Part shown: positions 54,692 to 63,744 of the stretch, piece after piece
How positions within the stretch are numbered: the stretch's first letter is position 1
How the letters are laid out: the number at the start of each line of letters is the position of its first letter
The notes under the pieces: generated by a model
What the model saw: only the letters and a program-made list of their open reading frames with translations
What the model was told of the DNA's origin: nothing
The model's database searches: none
Translations under genes and position numbers: made by a program
NCBI GenBank assembly: GCA_963666365.2
Contig: CAXXNF010000001.1
Location: 1,056,001-1,120,000, forward strand
Origin: Syntrophales bacterium
GTDB taxonomy: Bacteria > Desulfobacterota > Syntrophia > Syntrophales > UBA2210
DNA: 64,000 nucleotides
Direction: 5' to 3'

Positions 54692-55513
54692 ATGGACGCA
54701 CAGGTGAATCAATCTGAGGGTTTGATCCTGACTGAAGTTTCCAACAGGATCGCCACGTTAACCTTTAATCAACCCCAAAAGCTCAACGCGCTCAGCCCCG
54801 AGCTGGAATTTGAATCGATACAAATTTTAAAACGATGGAGTCTTGACCCGGATATCGGCGCAATAGTTCTTACAGGCGCCGGCCGTGCCTTTTGTGTAGG
54901 CGGAGACGTCTCAAAAATGGATGATGGAAAGGGGGAACTGCTCGCGGGCGATACCTTTGAGCAGCACGTAGACGGACTGCGCAGAGAACACGAGCTTGCC
55001 TGGCTGCTCTACCATATGCCAAAGGTAACGATTGCCGCGGTCAACGGGCACGCAATGGGTGCCGGTCTTGCCATCTGCCTGGCCTGTGATCTTCGGATAG
55101 CTTCCGATAAAGCGAAATTCGGAGCGGCCTACGCACGCGTAGGCCTGGGAGGCGATTTTGGAACAAGCTGGCTGCTGACACAATATGTAGGAGCGCCAAA
55201 GGCAAAAGAGATGCTTTTTCTGTGCGATATCATCGATGCGACCGAAGCCCACCGGATCGGACTTGTTAATCGGGTGGTTCCGCAGGACGAGTTCTCCCTC
55301 TCTGCAAAGGATCTCGCGTCCCGCATCGCCAACGGCGCCGGGATCAGTTATCGATACATGAAGGCAAATATTAACTTTGCGGCGACGGCCGATTTTCGCA
55401 CGCTGCTCGACCGTGAGGCCGAAACGCATCTTTTGTGTGGCCTGACGGAAGATTTCAAGGAAGGAGTTCTGGCATTTATGGAAAAGCGGCCGCCCCTTTT
55501 CAAAGGACGTTGA
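54692..55513 (+). CDS. Crotonase-family protein 1 (PaaG-like)
   Basis: AFCVGGDV, AVNGHAMGAG, VGLGGDFG. Confidence 0.9.
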   Translation: MDAQVNQSEGLILTEVSNRIATLTFNQPQKLNALSPELEFESIQILKRWSLDPDIGAIVLTGAGRAFCVGGDVSKMDDGKGELLAGDTFEQHVDGLRREHELAWLLYHMPKVTIAAVNGHAMGAGLAICLACDLRIASDKAKFGAAYARVGLGGDFGTSWLLTQYVGAPKAKEMLFLCDIIDATEAHRIGLVNRVVPQDEFSLSAKDLASRIANGAGISYRYMKANINFAATADFRTLLDREAETHLLCGLTEDFKEGVLAFMEKRPPLFKGR

Positions 55514-55581
55514 GGCAGACCTGCCGGGACATTCGCTTCCGGCGTTCACATATCTACTTTCTGTTAGATAGGAGGAATGTC

Positions 55582-56409
55582 ATGTACAAGGCGATTACAC
55601 TGGAAATTATCGGACACGCGGCTGTTGTTACTCTGAACCGGCCGGAAAGTCTTAACGCGTTTACCTACCCCATGATAGATGAATTCGGCTGTGCCGTTGA
55701 AGAAGCGGAAAAAAACATAGATGTAACAGGCATAATCGTGACGGGCGCAGGACGGGGATTCTGCGCGGGCGTTGACATGAACACCCTGGACGAGCTTCAG
55801 CAAGACGGCCAGGGAAGCCAATCTGACGAGCTCAAGGTCAGTCCGGGGGACAAAGAGATGGGCGATAATTTCGGGGCGGGCCTCACCTACCTCCTGTCCA
55901 TAAGAAAACCCGTCATTGCCGCGGTCAACGGGCCATGTGTCGGTCTCGGCATGTCGCTCGCCCTTTTCTGCGACATGCGATTCGCCTCCGACAAGGCGAA
56001 ATTCATTACCTCTTTTTCGCCAAGAGGACTGGTGGCGGAGCATGGCCAGAGCTGGATTCTTCCGCGGATACTGAATCCATCAAAAGCGCTCGATCTTTTA
56101 TGGAGTTCCCGCAAGGTGAGCGCGGAGGAGGCGGCTGAAATGGGATTGATAGACAGGTTGTTTCCGCCCGACCGCCTGCTGGAGGAAACAGTCAATTATA
56201 TAGAAGGCTTGGCAAAAGCAGCGGCGCCCAAATCTCTCATGGCGATGAAGCAGCAAATTTATCGCCACCTCAATATGGAGCTGGGAGAAGCAATGCAGGA
56301 TACCACCCGCCTGATGGACGCGAGCATGGTACGCAATGACTTTAAAGAGGGCATTGCCTCTTTTGTGGAGAAGCGCCCACCAAAATTTGAGAAAATCATT
56401 ATAGACTAG
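55582..56409 (+). CDS. Crotonase-family protein 2
   Basis: GFCAGVDM, AVNGPCVGLG, RGLVAEHG. Confidence 0.9.
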   Translation: MYKAITLEIIGHAAVVTLNRPESLNAFTYPMIDEFGCAVEEAEKNIDVTGIIVTGAGRGFCAGVDMNTLDELQQDGQGSQSDELKVSPGDKEMGDNFGAGLTYLLSIRKPVIAAVNGPCVGLGMSLALFCDMRFASDKAKFITSFSPRGLVAEHGQSWILPRILNPSKALDLLWSSRKVSAEEAAEMGLIDRLFPPDRLLEETVNYIEGLAKAAAPKSLMAMKQQIYRHLNMELGEAMQDTTRLMDASMVRNDFKEGIASFVEKRPPKFEKIIID

Positions 56410-56498
56410 GCAGGCGCGAAGGCAATCCTGCAGACTGCCCATAAAATATTGTCCGATTATCCGAAAGAAACTCATTTTTTAGCACGAGGAGACAGCGC

Positions 56499-57299
56499 AT
56501 GGAATTTACGTACATACTATTTTCAAAAGAACATAAGGTGGCGACAATTACTTTGAATCGTCCCGAAAAGATGAATGCCTACTTCGAAGACATGGTGCAT
56601 GAAATCCTGGCAGCTCTTGCCGACGCCCGTGATGACGATGACGTGCGTGCCGTAATCATCACCGGTGCCGGTCGCGGTTTCTGTTCCGGGGGCGAGGTCT
56701 CCGCCGATTTCCAATACCCTGAACGCTACCGCGGTCACCGCCTGGAATCAATGCTTGAAATGCGGGAGAATTTCCATCAGCTCGTAAAATTTTTATGGCG
56801 TTTCGATAAACCGGTGGTCGCAGCGATCAATGGAGCTGCAGTTGCAGGAGGATTAACGCTGGCCTTATGCTGTGACTTCAGGATTGCCGCCGAGGGCGCG
56901 AAGCTGGGAGACACGAGTCTGAAATTCGCCCTTATGCCGGACGAAGGCGGCGCTTGGATTTTCCCCCGTGTAATGGGTTTGCAAAATGCACTGAAAATGT
57001 CGCTCTTTTCCGAAGTATACCCGGCACAAAAGGCGAAGGAACTCGGATTGGTGCACGAAGTGGTAACGGCTGATAATCTGATGCCCACGGCACGACAGTG
57101 GGCTGAAACCCTTGCCGCAGGACCTCCCATCGCAATGAGAATCACAAAAAGAATGATGTACAAGCAGATGGAGATGGATCTCGATAACGCCCTGGAAGAT
57201 GCCGCCCTCGGCACTCTGGTGACCAATTACTGTGAAGATGTCAAGGAAGGCGTGACGGCCTTCCACGAAAAACGAAAACCGGCATTTAAAGGTCGTTGA
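56499..57299 (+). CDS. Crotonase-family protein 3
   Basis: GFCSGGEV, AINGAAVAGG, ALMPDEGG. Confidence 0.9.
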   Translation: MEFTYILFSKEHKVATITLNRPEKMNAYFEDMVHEILAALADARDDDDVRAVIITGAGRGFCSGGEVSADFQYPERYRGHRLESMLEMRENFHQLVKFLWRFDKPVVAAINGAAVAGGLTLALCCDFRIAAEGAKLGDTSLKFALMPDEGGAWIFPRVMGLQNALKMSLFSEVYPAQKAKELGLVHEVVTADNLMPTARQWAETLAAGPPIAMRITKRMMYKQMEMDLDNALEDAALGTLVTNYCEDVKEGVTAFHEKRKPAFKGR

Positions 57300-57607
57300 T
57301 ATCAGGCAATGAGAGAGGGGGGAATCGCACGATTACGGGCGATCACCCCCCATGCTCACAACAACTCACGGATAAAAAAACAGGGAACCCGGAAGCACTA
57401 ACGTTTACAATCTAGTCGAAAGCACCGCTATACCGAAGGATCGGCAGTATAATAACACGTACATGATGCTGGTGCATCGCTGTTCCCTCTGCTGCACCCT
57501 TCTTCAGTTCTTGCCGTTGAGGGGGATGCAGAGCGATGCAACACGTACTTGGAAGCTCCACCTGTATAAGGCACACGCATGCCGCGCACCGCAGAACCAG
57601 TCATCTT

Positions 57608-57726
57608 GACATATCGCGTATCGGCGAAATACCGCCACATACCTCCCTCATTCAGTTGTCGAAAATCCGCCAACAGTTTGATTATGGGCACGAAATTGCA
57701 CGCACGGTCCTGGCATGGATCATGCG
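57608..57726 (+). promoter_or_regulatory. Sigma-54 promoter module, copy 2
   Basis: TGACATATCG and CGAAATACCG boxes, and TGGCATGGATCATGC at 57711-57725. Colinear with copy 1. Confidence 0.85.
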
Positions 57727-57748
57727 GTGTTTCTGTTCTTTATGAGAG

Positions 57749-58681
57749 GTGGCATTGAAATTGGAATCAGAAAAGGGGTGCATTTACAAAATTCAGCCAT
57801 TGTCAATTCACTTCGGCCCGGGAATACGTACCGCAGTATTTCTGCAGGGCTGTCCCCTGCAATGCCGTTGGTGCCCCTTTCCGGAAGTACGACAGGCAAT
57901 CACTTTTATTGAAAAGAACTGCACCGTCTGCGGTATATGCAGGGATGCATGCCCCGCCCATGCCATCGAAGAGACCGAAGAAGGCGCTGTACGAATCAAT
58001 CAAGACCTGTGCAACGGATGCGGCATCTGCGTGGAACAATGCCCTGCGGGAGCGCTGGAGCAGCGGGGAACATGCTACAGTGTTGAAGGACTGCTGAGGG
58101 AGGTCGAGAAAGGAATCCCCGCATATAGACACTCCGGCGGAGGAGTCACGGTAGGCGGAGGCGAACCGGCTCTTCAGGCAGAGTTTGTTGCGACCTTTCT
58201 TCAGCAATGCAGAAGACACAGCATTCATTCCGCAGTCGAGACTCGCGCCTTCGGACCCTGGCACAAGATAGCCACGATAGCTGAGTGGCCCGATCTTTTC
58301 TACATCACACTCTCATGCATCGACGACAAGGCACACAGAGAAGCAACCGGCGTATCCAACCAATCGATTCTCCACAATATCCGGAAAGTTGCGGCTGAAC
58401 GCCCTGTTATTCTTCGCGTGCCCATATTTCCCCACACAAGCGGTCTGGATGAAACCATTCGAGATATCGCCAGCTTTACCAAAAGCCTCGGCACGAATGT
58501 ACACTCTATCGAACTGTTCTTCCGGCCCGAGGCTGCCGCCGAAAATGGGTGTGGATTAGCACAAAGTGCTCATGACGGTCAAAAGACGCCATATTATGAA
58601 GAAGACACCGCGTCTGCACTGAAAGACCTTTTAGAATCTCACGGGGTGCATGTCCGCATTGACGGCTGGAAAGGAGGCTAG
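57749..58681 (+). CDS. Glycyl-radical-enzyme activase-like radical SAM protein with 2x[4Fe-4S] insert (divergent)
   Basis: GPGIRT.VF..GCPLQCRWC, CTVCGICRDACP, CNGCGICVEQCP, GGGVT.GGGEP, TGVSN, RVP. The start may be TTG57761. Confidence 0.85.
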   Translation: MALKLESEKGCIYKIQPLSIHFGPGIRTAVFLQGCPLQCRWCPFPEVRQAITFIEKNCTVCGICRDACPAHAIEETEEGAVRINQDLCNGCGICVEQCPAGALEQRGTCYSVEGLLREVEKGIPAYRHSGGGVTVGGGEPALQAEFVATFLQQCRRHSIHSAVETRAFGPWHKIATIAEWPDLFYITLSCIDDKAHREATGVSNQSILHNIRKVAAERPVILRVPIFPHTSGLDETIRDIASFTKSLGTNVHSIELFFRPEAAAENGCGLAQSAHDGQKTPYYEEDTASALKDLLESHGVHVRIDGWKGG

Positions 58682-58871
58682 ACAAATGATGCATATAGGG
58701 ACGCTGCGTGAACGCTGCGGCACACATTACCTGACGTACGAAACAGATATATACCATATAATGAAGGTGAGTCCATCCTTGCGGACCAGGGGATGATCAT
58801 CATCGCATAATGGGGATTTCCTGCAGTTGTAACAAATGAACCATTTCTTATGACAATGGAGTGTAATCGTA

Positions 58872-60530
58872 ATGGAACGCATTTGGATGAAAAATTGGCC
58901 GGAGGGTGTATCCACCACCATAGAGTATCGTCTCGGCGAAAAACCCCTGCACGAGTACCTGCTGCAGAACGCCAGGGATTTTCCCGACAAAACGGCCTAT
59001 ATCTTCTACGGCAGAGAGATCTCCTGGGGAGAACTGGCAGACTTCGCCACGCGGTTCGCCAATTATCTGCACAGCGCAGGAGTGGTGAAGGGAGAGCGGG
59101 TTGCCCTTTTCATGCAGAATTGCCCCCAGTATGTCATTGCTCATTTCGCAACGCAGATGCTCGGCGCCATCGTGACCCCTTGCAGCGCCATGTTCAAGGA
59201 ATGGGAGCTGGAATACGAACTCAACGATGCCGGCGCCAAACTGCTGGTTACCACCGACGATCTCTATCCCATTGCCGAGAGAATCAGGGGAAATACAAAC
59301 CTTGAAAAAGTGGTCCTCACGAGCTATCGTGACATGATCCCCTCAACACCGACACTTCCCCTTCCCGCGGAACTTGAACAGGAACACATGGTCTATCCCG
59401 ATACGGAATTGTTGATGGAAATTATCGAAAGCTGTCCCGCAGAGATCCCTTCCTGTGATATCGATATATGGAACGACGTGGCCATGATGATCTATACCTC
59501 AGGGACCACGGGCCGACCCAAGGGGGCAATGCTGACCTACGGGAACGCTCTGGCAACGGTTGCTTCCGCCGTCCAGGTCAAACGACTCCGGATGGACGAG
59601 ATAGCGATTGCGGTCATGCCGATCTTTCATATCGCCGGGAACCTCCTGGGACTTTGCACTCCCGTCTACTCCGGCGCCACAACAATGCTTCTCACCCGCT
59701 TCGATCCAAAAGCCATAGTGGAAGCCTTTGCCAGGTATCGTTGCACCACGTGGTACTCTGTGACGCCAATGCTCCTGGCCATCATGGCACTTCCGGAGGC
59801 GAAGGAGATAGACTGGAGTTCGTTGCGCCATACGACCTGCACGAGTTTCGGCGTGCCGCTTACCGAAGACATTGCGACCCGGTGGCGGGAATTTACCGGA
59901 GGAACACCGGTACTGGAAGGCGGGTACGGCCTGACGGAAACGCATACAGGCGACACCTTTATTCCTGAACGCAATATAAAGTGGGGTTCTAACGGCATTC
60001 CCACCTTGGAGACGGATTTGAAGATTGTCGATTCCTTATCGGGCCAGGAACTGGGAGTAAACGAAAAAGGGGAGATCGTACTCCGCAATCCCGGCGTATT
60101 CAAGGGATATTGGAAAAACCCGGAACGGACAGCGGAAACGCTCAGGGACGGCTGGGTGTACACCGGCGATATCGGATATGTCGACGAAGACGGAATTTTG
60201 TGGTTCCAGGGTCGCATGAAAGAGATGATCAAGTGTTCCGGATACAGCGTGTTCCCGGAGGATGTGGAAGTGATGCTCGTCAAGCATCCTGCGGTGGCCC
60301 AGGTGGCCGTGATCGGCATTCCCGATCAGGTGCGCGGAGAGAGCGTAAAAGCCTTTATTGTGCTCAAACCGGAGTATAAAGGAAACGTTACAGAGTCAGA
60401 CATTATTGCCTGGTCAAAAGAAAAGATGGCCTCTTACAAGTATCCCCGCGCCGTGGAATTCAGAGACAGCCTGCCCGCTTCCGGGGCAGGAAAGATTCTG
60501 CGGCGGTTGTTGAAAGAAGAGGCTAAATAG
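58872..60530 (+). CDS. Acyl-CoA synthetase (long-chain fatty acid--CoA ligase family)
   Basis: YTSGTTGRPKG, GYGLTE, TGD, GKILRR. Confidence 0.94.
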   Translation: MERIWMKNWPEGVSTTIEYRLGEKPLHEYLLQNARDFPDKTAYIFYGREISWGELADFATRFANYLHSAGVVKGERVALFMQNCPQYVIAHFATQMLGAIVTPCSAMFKEWELEYELNDAGAKLLVTTDDLYPIAERIRGNTNLEKVVLTSYRDMIPSTPTLPLPAELEQEHMVYPDTELLMEIIESCPAEIPSCDIDIWNDVAMMIYTSGTTGRPKGAMLTYGNALATVASAVQVKRLRMDEIAIAVMPIFHIAGNLLGLCTPVYSGATTMLLTRFDPKAIVEAFARYRCTTWYSVTPMLLAIMALPEAKEIDWSSLRHTTCTSFGVPLTEDIATRWREFTGGTPVLEGGYGLTETHTGDTFIPERNIKWGSNGIPTLETDLKIVDSLSGQELGVNEKGEIVLRNPGVFKGYWKNPERTAETLRDGWVYTGDIGYVDEDGILWFQGRMKEMIKCSGYSVFPEDVEVMLVKHPAVAQVAVIGIPDQVRGESVKAFIVLKPEYKGNVTESDIIAWSKEKMASYKYPRAVEFRDSLPASGAGKILRRLLKEEAK

Positions 60531-60592
60531 CCATGGGCACGCACCGATTGAAGTGGGTGATGGCGCCACATTACATGATGTGAAGGTAAGAG

Positions 60593-62176
60593 ATGAACTC
60601 TACAAAGGATCAGCACAACACAACCTGGCTTCCCGAAGTCGAGGAGCTTCGTTTACGCAGCAAACTGGCAACACAGATGGGCGGGCCGGAGAGTCTTGCG
60701 AAGTATAAAGCCGGCGGCAAGTTGAACTGCCGGGAACGAATAGAAATGCTGCTTGATAAGGGAAGCTTCCATGAAACCGGAGCGATTACGGGAATTCCCA
60801 CTTATGAAGGAGGCCGTCTCTTTGCCTTGCGGCCTTCCAACTATATTTTTGGAACGGGAAGAATCAATGGCCGCAAAGTAGTGGTGGGCGCCGACGACTT
60901 CACCATTAGAGGAGGCGCTGCCGATGCCAAAATCGGCAACAAAGGACCCTATTCGGAGCAGATGGCTCTCGAGTTGCGTCTTCCCATCATTCGCCTGATT
61001 GACGGCACGGGGGGAGGCGGAAGCGTAAAATTTCTGGAAATAATGGATCGCACCTATGTTCCCGCCAATCCAGCCGTTGCCACAATGGTGGAATTACTTT
61101 CGACCGTACCCGTCGTGTCCGGCGCTATGGGGTCTGTCGCGGGGCTGGGGGCGGCACGGACCGTCTTTTCTCACTTTTCGGTGATGCCCAAAAAAACGGC
61201 CCAGCTCTTTGTTGCCGGCCCGCCTGTGGTGGAACCTGCAATCGGGCGTAAGATCAGCAAGGAAGAACTGGGCGGTTCTGAAATCCAGACCAGGGGATTC
61301 GGCGCGGTGGACAACGAGGCCGAATCGGAGGAAGACGCCTTTGAACAAATTCGACGCTTTCTTTCCTACCTGCCCGATTCGGTGTACGAAATGCCGCCGG
61401 TTATTGAATCTACCGATTCTGCAGAGCGCCGCGAAGAAGAACTTCTCCGCATCATTCCGAGGAATAAGCGCCGCTCCTACCAGGTACGACGGATTATATC
61501 CCTGGTCCTTGACAGGGAATCCTTTTTTGAAATAGGGGCAAAGCACGGAACCTCCATCGTAACAGGATTTGCGCGGCTTTCCGGAAAGCCTGTCGGGGTC
61601 ATTGCCAATGATCCCAGATTCTTCGGAGGAACCATGACGGCGCAGGCGGCGGACAAGATTGTACGTTTCATCGACACCTGTGACACCTTTCATCTCCCCA
61701 TCGTCAATTTCGTTGATCTTCCCGGTTTTCTGATCGGTCCAGATGGAGAAAAACAGGCCACTATCCGCTTCGGCGCCCGTTACATGTTTGCCGTCTGTCA
61801 GGCGACTGTTCCCTGGTGTTCAGTTATACTGAGGCGGGTTTTCGGAGTGGCCGGTGCGAATCACGGCAATACGGGAAGACTTAATTTACGCTATGCCTGG
61901 CCTTCGGGGGAATGGGGGTCCCTGCCTATCGAAGGCGGCGTTCAGGCGGCCTACCGTCGTGAAATCGAGGCCGCTGACGATCCGGAGGTCCTGCGAAAGG
62001 AGATTGAAGCCCGTCTGTCCAAAGCCACGTCGCCCTTTCTCACGGCGGAGGCCTTCGGCATTGAAGACGTCATCGATCCTCGCGATACACGGCCTTTGCT
62101 GTGTGACTGGATCGAAACGGCCTATCGCCTGCTTCCGAGCGAGCTGGGTCCGAAGAAAAGAGGGATGCGGCCCTGA
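60593..62176 (+). CDS. Acyl-CoA carboxylase/decarboxylase carboxyltransferase subunit
   Basis: GKLNCRERI..LLD.GSF.E, DFTIRGG, EELGG, DLPGF, IDPRDTR. Confidence 0.9.
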   Translation: MNSTKDQHNTTWLPEVEELRLRSKLATQMGGPESLAKYKAGGKLNCRERIEMLLDKGSFHETGAITGIPTYEGGRLFALRPSNYIFGTGRINGRKVVVGADDFTIRGGAADAKIGNKGPYSEQMALELRLPIIRLIDGTGGGGSVKFLEIMDRTYVPANPAVATMVELLSTVPVVSGAMGSVAGLGAARTVFSHFSVMPKKTAQLFVAGPPVVEPAIGRKISKEELGGSEIQTRGFGAVDNEAESEEDAFEQIRRFLSYLPDSVYEMPPVIESTDSAERREEELLRIIPRNKRRSYQVRRIISLVLDRESFFEIGAKHGTSIVTGFARLSGKPVGVIANDPRFFGGTMTAQAADKIVRFIDTCDTFHLPIVNFVDLPGFLIGPDGEKQATIRFGARYMFAVCQATVPWCSVILRRVFGVAGANHGNTGRLNLRYAWPSGEWGSLPIEGGVQAAYRREIEAADDPEVLRKEIEARLSKATSPFLTAEAFGIEDVIDPRDTRPLLCDWIETAYRLLPSELGPKKRGMRP

Positions 62177-62271
62177 TGTCGGGTGGAATGCGATTGTTTT
62201 CGGCAGCAAGTATGTAAATGAGGTAACAATACCAACAAACCGTAGATAAGGACAAAAAAGGAGGAAACACA

Positions 62272-62422
62272 ATGAAAAAACCATCGGTGGCAGTATTGCT
62301 GGGCATTCTTGTCTGCCTAATGGGTATTACGGCAGGCAGCAGATGCGTCTATGCAGAAAAGAGGTACGTTTCGGCATACTGACCGCCATAAGCGGTCCGG
62401 CATCGCCCTGGGGTATCCCCAA
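62272..62422 (+). pseudogene. 5' fragment of an ABC transporter substrate-binding protein (LivJ/K-like), frameshifted and interrupted
   Basis: RBS AAGGAGG and signal peptide MKKPSVAVLLGILVCLMG. After a 1-nt shift in the A run at ~62357-62360 it reads EVRFGILTAISGPASPWGIP, then intron sequence begins. Confidence 0.7.
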
Positions 62423-63744
62423 ATCTGGGAGGAAGTGGCCTTGCAGCCACCCCCTCCCAACAGAACGGCTCGTACCGGCCAGGTAAGCCGCTCTTCGATT
62501 AGTAACTGAAGTTAAATTCACAAGTCCGTTTTGTGAAATCATGGAAATGGAAAAGACCCTGCCTTCTGAACCACTGAAGATTCATCACAACGTTGACCTC
62601 TCTGCGGCTCACCGATTGCCACTTGTTCATTTTGACCCATACTCTATGAGCTTCCTGGGGTTTGTATCAAGATCGGATCATCATGCTCTGGAATCGCTTC
62701 GGCTTCTTCCACTTTTTCAATTGCATGGAACGGAGTCGGTTCCGTATCCAGGTATCAAGATCGCTGAATATCTTCTTAAATTCCTGAACTCGAAAATACG
62801 CCACCCATCCCCGCAGGTACTCGTTAAGGCTTTGGATCTCTTGATGCATCGACAACAGGTTGTTTCTTCTGGTCAGTTCCCGCACTTTGGCTTTGAACTT
62901 CTTTATTGCCTTTCCGCTGATCCGGATCTTTCCCCTGAGTATCTGGAAACCAAAAAAGGCTACGTCCTTTACCTTTGCGGCCTCGCTCTTCTCCTGGTTG
63001 ACGGGAAGTTTGAGTTCATTTTCAAGATAACGGATCGTTCCTTCCATCACTCGCCCTGCACCTCTTACCGATTTTACCATAATCAGAAAGTCATCTGCCC
63101 ATCGGCAATATCTCAGCCCCCTTCTCTCAAGTTCATGATCCAGTTCGTTTAAGACAATGTTCGACAGCATCGGTGACAGCGGCGATCTCTGGGGACATCC
63201 CTTCGTCGTTTTCTCAAATATCCCCTTATCCATGAATCCTGCTTTTAACGCTCTTGCAATCAGCGTTACCAGCTTCTCATCGGCTATCTTTCTTCGAATG
63301 AGTTTCAGAATCACTTCATGGGGAATTTCGTCAAAGAAGCTCCGCAAATCTATGGATGCACACCTCTCGTATCCCTGCTTTGCATACTTCCGAACCTGTC
63401 CAATGGCCTGGTGTTGGCTTTTCCCTCTCCGAAAACCAAAGCTGGATGCAGTAAAATCAGGATCTAATATCTCTTCGAACACCAGATTCATGCTCTGACC
63501 GACTATGCGATCCATCACTGACGGTATCCCCAGCTTCCGCATCTTCGAGGTTCCTTCCTTCGGTATCAGTACCCGTCGGCTTGGTCGGAAACGGTAGGCG
63601 CCGCTCTTGAGCTTCTCGTGGATGGCTTTAAGCAGCGCCTCCTCGTTTTGCTCGAACGTCTCTACCGTCATCCCGTCTATCCCTGCTGCTCCGGCATTTT
63701 CTTTACATGCCAGAAGCTCGGCTAATGCGCCATGCCAGGCACAC
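62423..63744 (-). mobile_element. Group II intron, class IIC-like, internally deleted
   Basis: 5' end GTGTGCCTGGCATGG at 63744. Short DV AGAGCGGCTTACCTGGCCGGTACGAGCCGTTCT at 62494-62462. DVI hairpin and terminal GAT at 62423. RT/maturase ORF inside. Confidence 0.85.
62499..63715 (-). pseudogene. ltrA: Group II intron reverse transcriptase/maturase pseudogene (no endonuclease domain)
   Basis: GAAGIDG, RKLGIP, SFGFR, DLRSFFD, PQRSPLSP, RWADD, GWVAYF. N terminus is missing, and an in-frame TGA at 62667-62669 precedes a 55-codon continuation ending at TAA 62499. Confidence 0.85.

Noticed and set aside
57460..57545. Imperfect hairpin TGCATCGCT...AGCGATGCA upstream of promoter copy 2
   Set aside because: The stem is short and interrupted, and it matches no RNA family I recognise.
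62667..62669. In-frame TGA in the intron RT read as selenocysteine or readthrough
   Set aside because: The position looks like a Gly (GGA) in the maturase tail, and the ORF has other lesions. A nonsense mutation is the simpler explanation.
62667..63671. RT as part of a retron, DGR or CRISPR/defence system
   Set aside because: It is flanked by a group II intron 5' end, DV and DVI. No template/variable repeat pair, msr-msd or cas genes were seen.
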